The position numbers and the translations under genes are program-made. DNA of 64,000 nt from Schizochytrium sp. TIO01 (Eukaryota; Protista; Bigyra: Labyrinthulomycetes), in contig SMSO01000035.1 in NCBI GenBank assembly GCA_004764695.1, positions 2,542,001-2,606,000 on the forward strand, given 5' to 3'. Within the stretch, counting starts at the first letter, position 1, and every line of letters begins with the position of its first letter. This document shows, piece after piece, positions 60,345 through 64,000 of the stretch. Below the pieces are notes generated by a model. It did not search any database. It was not told the DNA's origin and saw only the letters and a list, made by a program, of their open reading frames with translations.

Positions 60345-61229
60345 TCCGCTCAACTGTAAGAGGAGAAAGAGGCTTCGTTCAAACATCCAATAAGACTCGA
60401 GAGACTCAGAGAGGGATTGACGAGAAAGCTGAAAAGCGGCTTGCTTGCGTGAGGCCGCTGGGGCTTTCGAGGATCAGGCAAACGATCGATCGAGACCAGA
60501 AAGGCATCGAAAACCTTCCCGGTTCTCCAAGATTTGGGGTTTCCCCATGATTGATGGATTGATTGATTGATTGATTGATTCAGAATCGAAGCAAGGCAGG
60601 AAGCAAGGAAGGAAGGAAAGAAAGGTTGCCAAGATCGTTCACCGTTTCCCAGCAAACCGACGCCTGCCTCCTATGCAAAACCCTAACACTGCTAGCGACA
60701 AACAGGCTTTGCCTTCAGTCCTCTTTCCTGTCCTGCTTCAACTCCATATCTTATGAAGCGCCGTCACGAGAGAATAATGCGCTCCTAGGACGCACTAGCC
60801 AACAGCTAGGCAGCCTTAGGTAGAGGCTAGCAAGTCTTTTAGCAGACCGCGTGCCCCTCCCTGCTTACCCTAGCAGCGCCTAACTACCCCCTACTTGAGA
60901 CCTGCGCGTTGCTATGTATTGCGTGCACAAAGCCGCTCCTCAGGCTTTGTTGATGTTCTGTTCCACTGCCAGAGCATGTGTTTGGAACGGCCAATGGTCA
61001 ATCAATCATCAGTATTGATGTACGTGCGAATTGGCGGTCTGTCGGTTGGAGCCCTGGTCTTCCTTCGTTCGATCCACTGCAGAGGCTCGCGAGTCGGCTC
61101 CTCGAACCAGCTGCTGAAGAGCGCCGGGCATGGCCTGGGCCGCCTTTGAGAAGCCGGCGCCCGAGCCTCCGAAGCCTTTGGCACGCGTGGCCGCGGTTGC
61201 GTGTCTTGCGCTGCCAAGATAGCCTGTCG

Positions 61230-61307
<78 letters not shown>
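61230..61307. repeat. (AAAG)n microsatellite
   Basis: Directly visible. Confidence 0.95.
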
Positions 61308-61308
<1 letters not shown>

Positions 61309-62549
61309 GGGGTGTCCTAGCGGCGGCTATGTGGATGGTATCGAAAGGCCACTGGGGCTGCGATTGGAAATGAATGGGTTTCGAGACGGAGGAGGAGGAG
61401 GATTGGGATCCTTAGAACGCGACCTAAAACCGGGAAGGAGGAAGAAGAAGGCGCTGAAAGAGGAGAAGAATGCTGTCGGGAAGCAGAAAGCGCCGTTTGC
61501 GTGCTTTTGTGGCCATCTAAGTTGTTGAATTGATCATCGATTCATTGCGGTTTGTTTGAAAGCAAATTGTTTTAACTTAATTAATTAAGTTAATTAATTA
61601 AGTTAATGAATAATTGAAAAGTGAATATGAAAAGGAGTTTGTGGGAAATAAATCCACTAAAGAACTGCGTTAGTTTGGGTGAGGATTGGATCTCGTTCGT
61701 AAACTGCATGCAATTCGTAAAGACGGCCGGCGCATGCATCTGAGTGCAGCACAGCACAGGGAGCTTAGGCAATGCCCGGCCGGTCAAAGAAGAGCTCCAA
61801 CCGGTACCTGGTCTGTCTGCGCGTAGGAGGATTGGGGAAATTGTACGAGGAGGCGAAGGTGATTGAAGATTTTATTTAATCTCTCTAAGAGTTGAAGTAG
61901 TAGGTAGATACTCAGGTAGCTAGCGGACAAGGGTGATGGTAATGAATAGTAAAGTTTATGTTTAATTTAAAAAGAGCTTCAAGCTTGAAGGGTGTTGACT
62001 ATAGGTATTAAACTACCAAGAGCAAATGAAAAAAGCTCTTTTCTCCAGCTTGAGCGGGGCTAGCTTACCGGACTAGGGGATATGGAGTTGAACTAAAGCT
62101 AAAGGACCAGTCTTCTTTGCTGCACATGCCGTTGAAGTATGCCCATCAGCTTGCCAGATGAAATTTAGATTGGCGCCTACTTTGGCGCAGCCATTCAGGC
62201 TGGAGATCTAAGCTTGGACTATTAAAACTCCAAGACAGATTGATATAGAGACTCTGGTTGTTAGCTCAAAATATGTCATGTGATGCGTATGCAATAAAGA
62301 TTTTAGATAAGATGTTCACAAGCACGCAGCTGTGAGGGACTGCAGGTCGGGCGAGATTGCCCCAGCACGTGCAGACTACTGCAATATAATGTTGGTAAGT
62401 GCAACATATCTAGCTAGTGATGAAAGTGAACAGGTGCGAATGCAGTTCTCTTGATATACCAATATAATCGTGGATTGTCACCATAATACAAGCGAAACAT
62501 CACGTATTTTAGAGTGGCAAGCCAATATTTTGTAATATTTTAAAAGAAG

Positions 62550-63240
62550 AGCTTTCCAGAGTTTGTGGGTCAGATTTTTGTCTAACTCACAAGGTCCAAG
62601 TTAATGGTGTGTACTAAGATAATGTTTGACCTCATTCAGAAGTGTGCAATTTCTTTTGCAATTCGTTTTCTTCAAACAACCTGAATGTAAAGTCTTACAC
62701 CACTATATGTGGAACTATCAGTATTGTGGCGTACGCTAATTTTCAACCAAAACCCAACATATCACCCATTTGGGATACGCCGATTGGCATACTGATATCC
62801 AGAAACCCCCCTTCGACATAAGACCTAAAACCGTAGAAGTCCTGAAAGATAACAATAAAGCTAAATCAATTTGCTTTGAGTTAAAAAAATAAACTATCAG
62901 GTTTGCACTCCTTGAGGATGATATATGAGCAAGGAGACTCAGAAATATTGACGTCCATCTGAGGGGAGATGGGGGATGCGAACATACGCACTGAAAAGCT
63001 GCATAACTGATTCTATGCAGTCTATGATGAAGGCCAAGGGTCAGGAGATGTATACGTATATACCATATTCACGAATTTGCTCAGCTTATCCAGAGAAACA
63101 AAAAGTTACTTCACTATGGACGGTACGGAACTGCGTATATTTGTCTCTTTTCAACCAATCTCGTGAATGTAAGAACAACTCATACTAGCCAGAACTGCTC
63201 ATTATGATAGCCCTCGTGACTTCTGCAAGCCTGTGAGCCC
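62550..63240 (+). pseudogene. Possible heavily decayed P-loop NTPase (Crinkler-associated NTPase-like) fragment
   Basis: Broken-frame remnants GPS.../TKIMFDLIQKCAISFAIRF (about 62593-62675) and FYAVYDEGQG...YFTMDGTELRI (about 63011-63150), about 140 codons apart; many stops and frameshifts. Confidence 0.3.
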
Positions 63241-63950
63241 CTCAAAGATAGAATGCAGAGATAGGGAACAGGACAGCGTTAATATCCAACAGCCAAACAT
63301 AAATTGTAGAATAACTCGTGATACGTGTTCCGGTAATTACCCCCCTTCCCTTCCGCGATTAAATAACAGTTTATTTAATCGATCGCTATAAATTTAAAAC
63401 TTTATTCAATTGTTTTAAACTTCTTTTTTTAAATATTGTTTTTGGCAGGGAAACTTTTCTTCAATGAAAACAGATGAACGAAGGGCACGCGTTGTCTACA
63501 CGACAAAGTATGCATCTCATATGCAATACCCAATATTATATATTATGCTGTGCGATCGATTGCAGGAGACGAAAATTTGAAAGACATGAAAGACAGCGCC
63601 CTTAGGGCCAAAACCTATGGCCGCGAACACTTTTGCCCTCGAGTTCACAGAACCGCTTCAGCCTATTACTATTATTGTCGTTGTTGTTTTGTTTAATTTT
63701 AACATTAAAAAATAATAAAATAAATCTAAAATGCCTGTGAACGTGATGAAGAGAAGAGCGATACGAACTTGTAAGTTTGAACAGAATAGAGATCGATGAT
63801 GAGGTTTTTTAGAAACTCATCTGAATTCCTTTTTTTTACGTTTAAAACGATTGTAACAAAAGAGACGAACGCGAATGCAGAACACGAGGCAGTCGCAAGT
63901 GGAAGCAGCGTGCCGCCACGTGCTCGGGCATTCATTGAATCTAAGAGAGA

Positions 63951-64000
63951 AAGAAGAAGAAGAAGAAGAAGAAGAAGAAGAAGAAGAAGAAGAAGAAGAA
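63951..64000. repeat. (GAA)n microsatellite running off the window end
   Basis: Directly visible. Confidence 0.95.

Overview
Eukaryotic, gene-sparse, microsatellite-rich DNA. Near-intronless genes, a stramenopile-type beta-tubulin and a SAR-type DIX-like domain suggest a labyrinthulomycete/thraustochytrid; this is inference. Supported genes: a two-exon DIX-like + ELMO-domain protein head-to-head with a DDX49/Dbp8 DEAD-box helicase; an F-box/LRR protein; a lipid-droplet-associated hydrolase divergent from mitochondrial NFU1; four paralogous secreted S1 sulfatases (one GPI-anchored on a Pro/Thr stalk, three tandem copies with Cys-rich tails); beta-tubulin with a probable 5'-UTR intron; and an 80-aa secreted prepropeptide with twin CX3C motifs. 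The most striking unexplained structure is in the non-coding DNA. Nucleosome-length (about 137-170 bp) stretches lack ApT completely and are bounded by ApT clusters. About ten 100-140 bp patches carry TpA steps at roughly 10.3-bp period, several two-fold symmetric like the Widom-601 sequence. Together these look like a sequence-encoded chromatin map, possibly tied to ApT 6mA linker methylation. All counts were made by eye.
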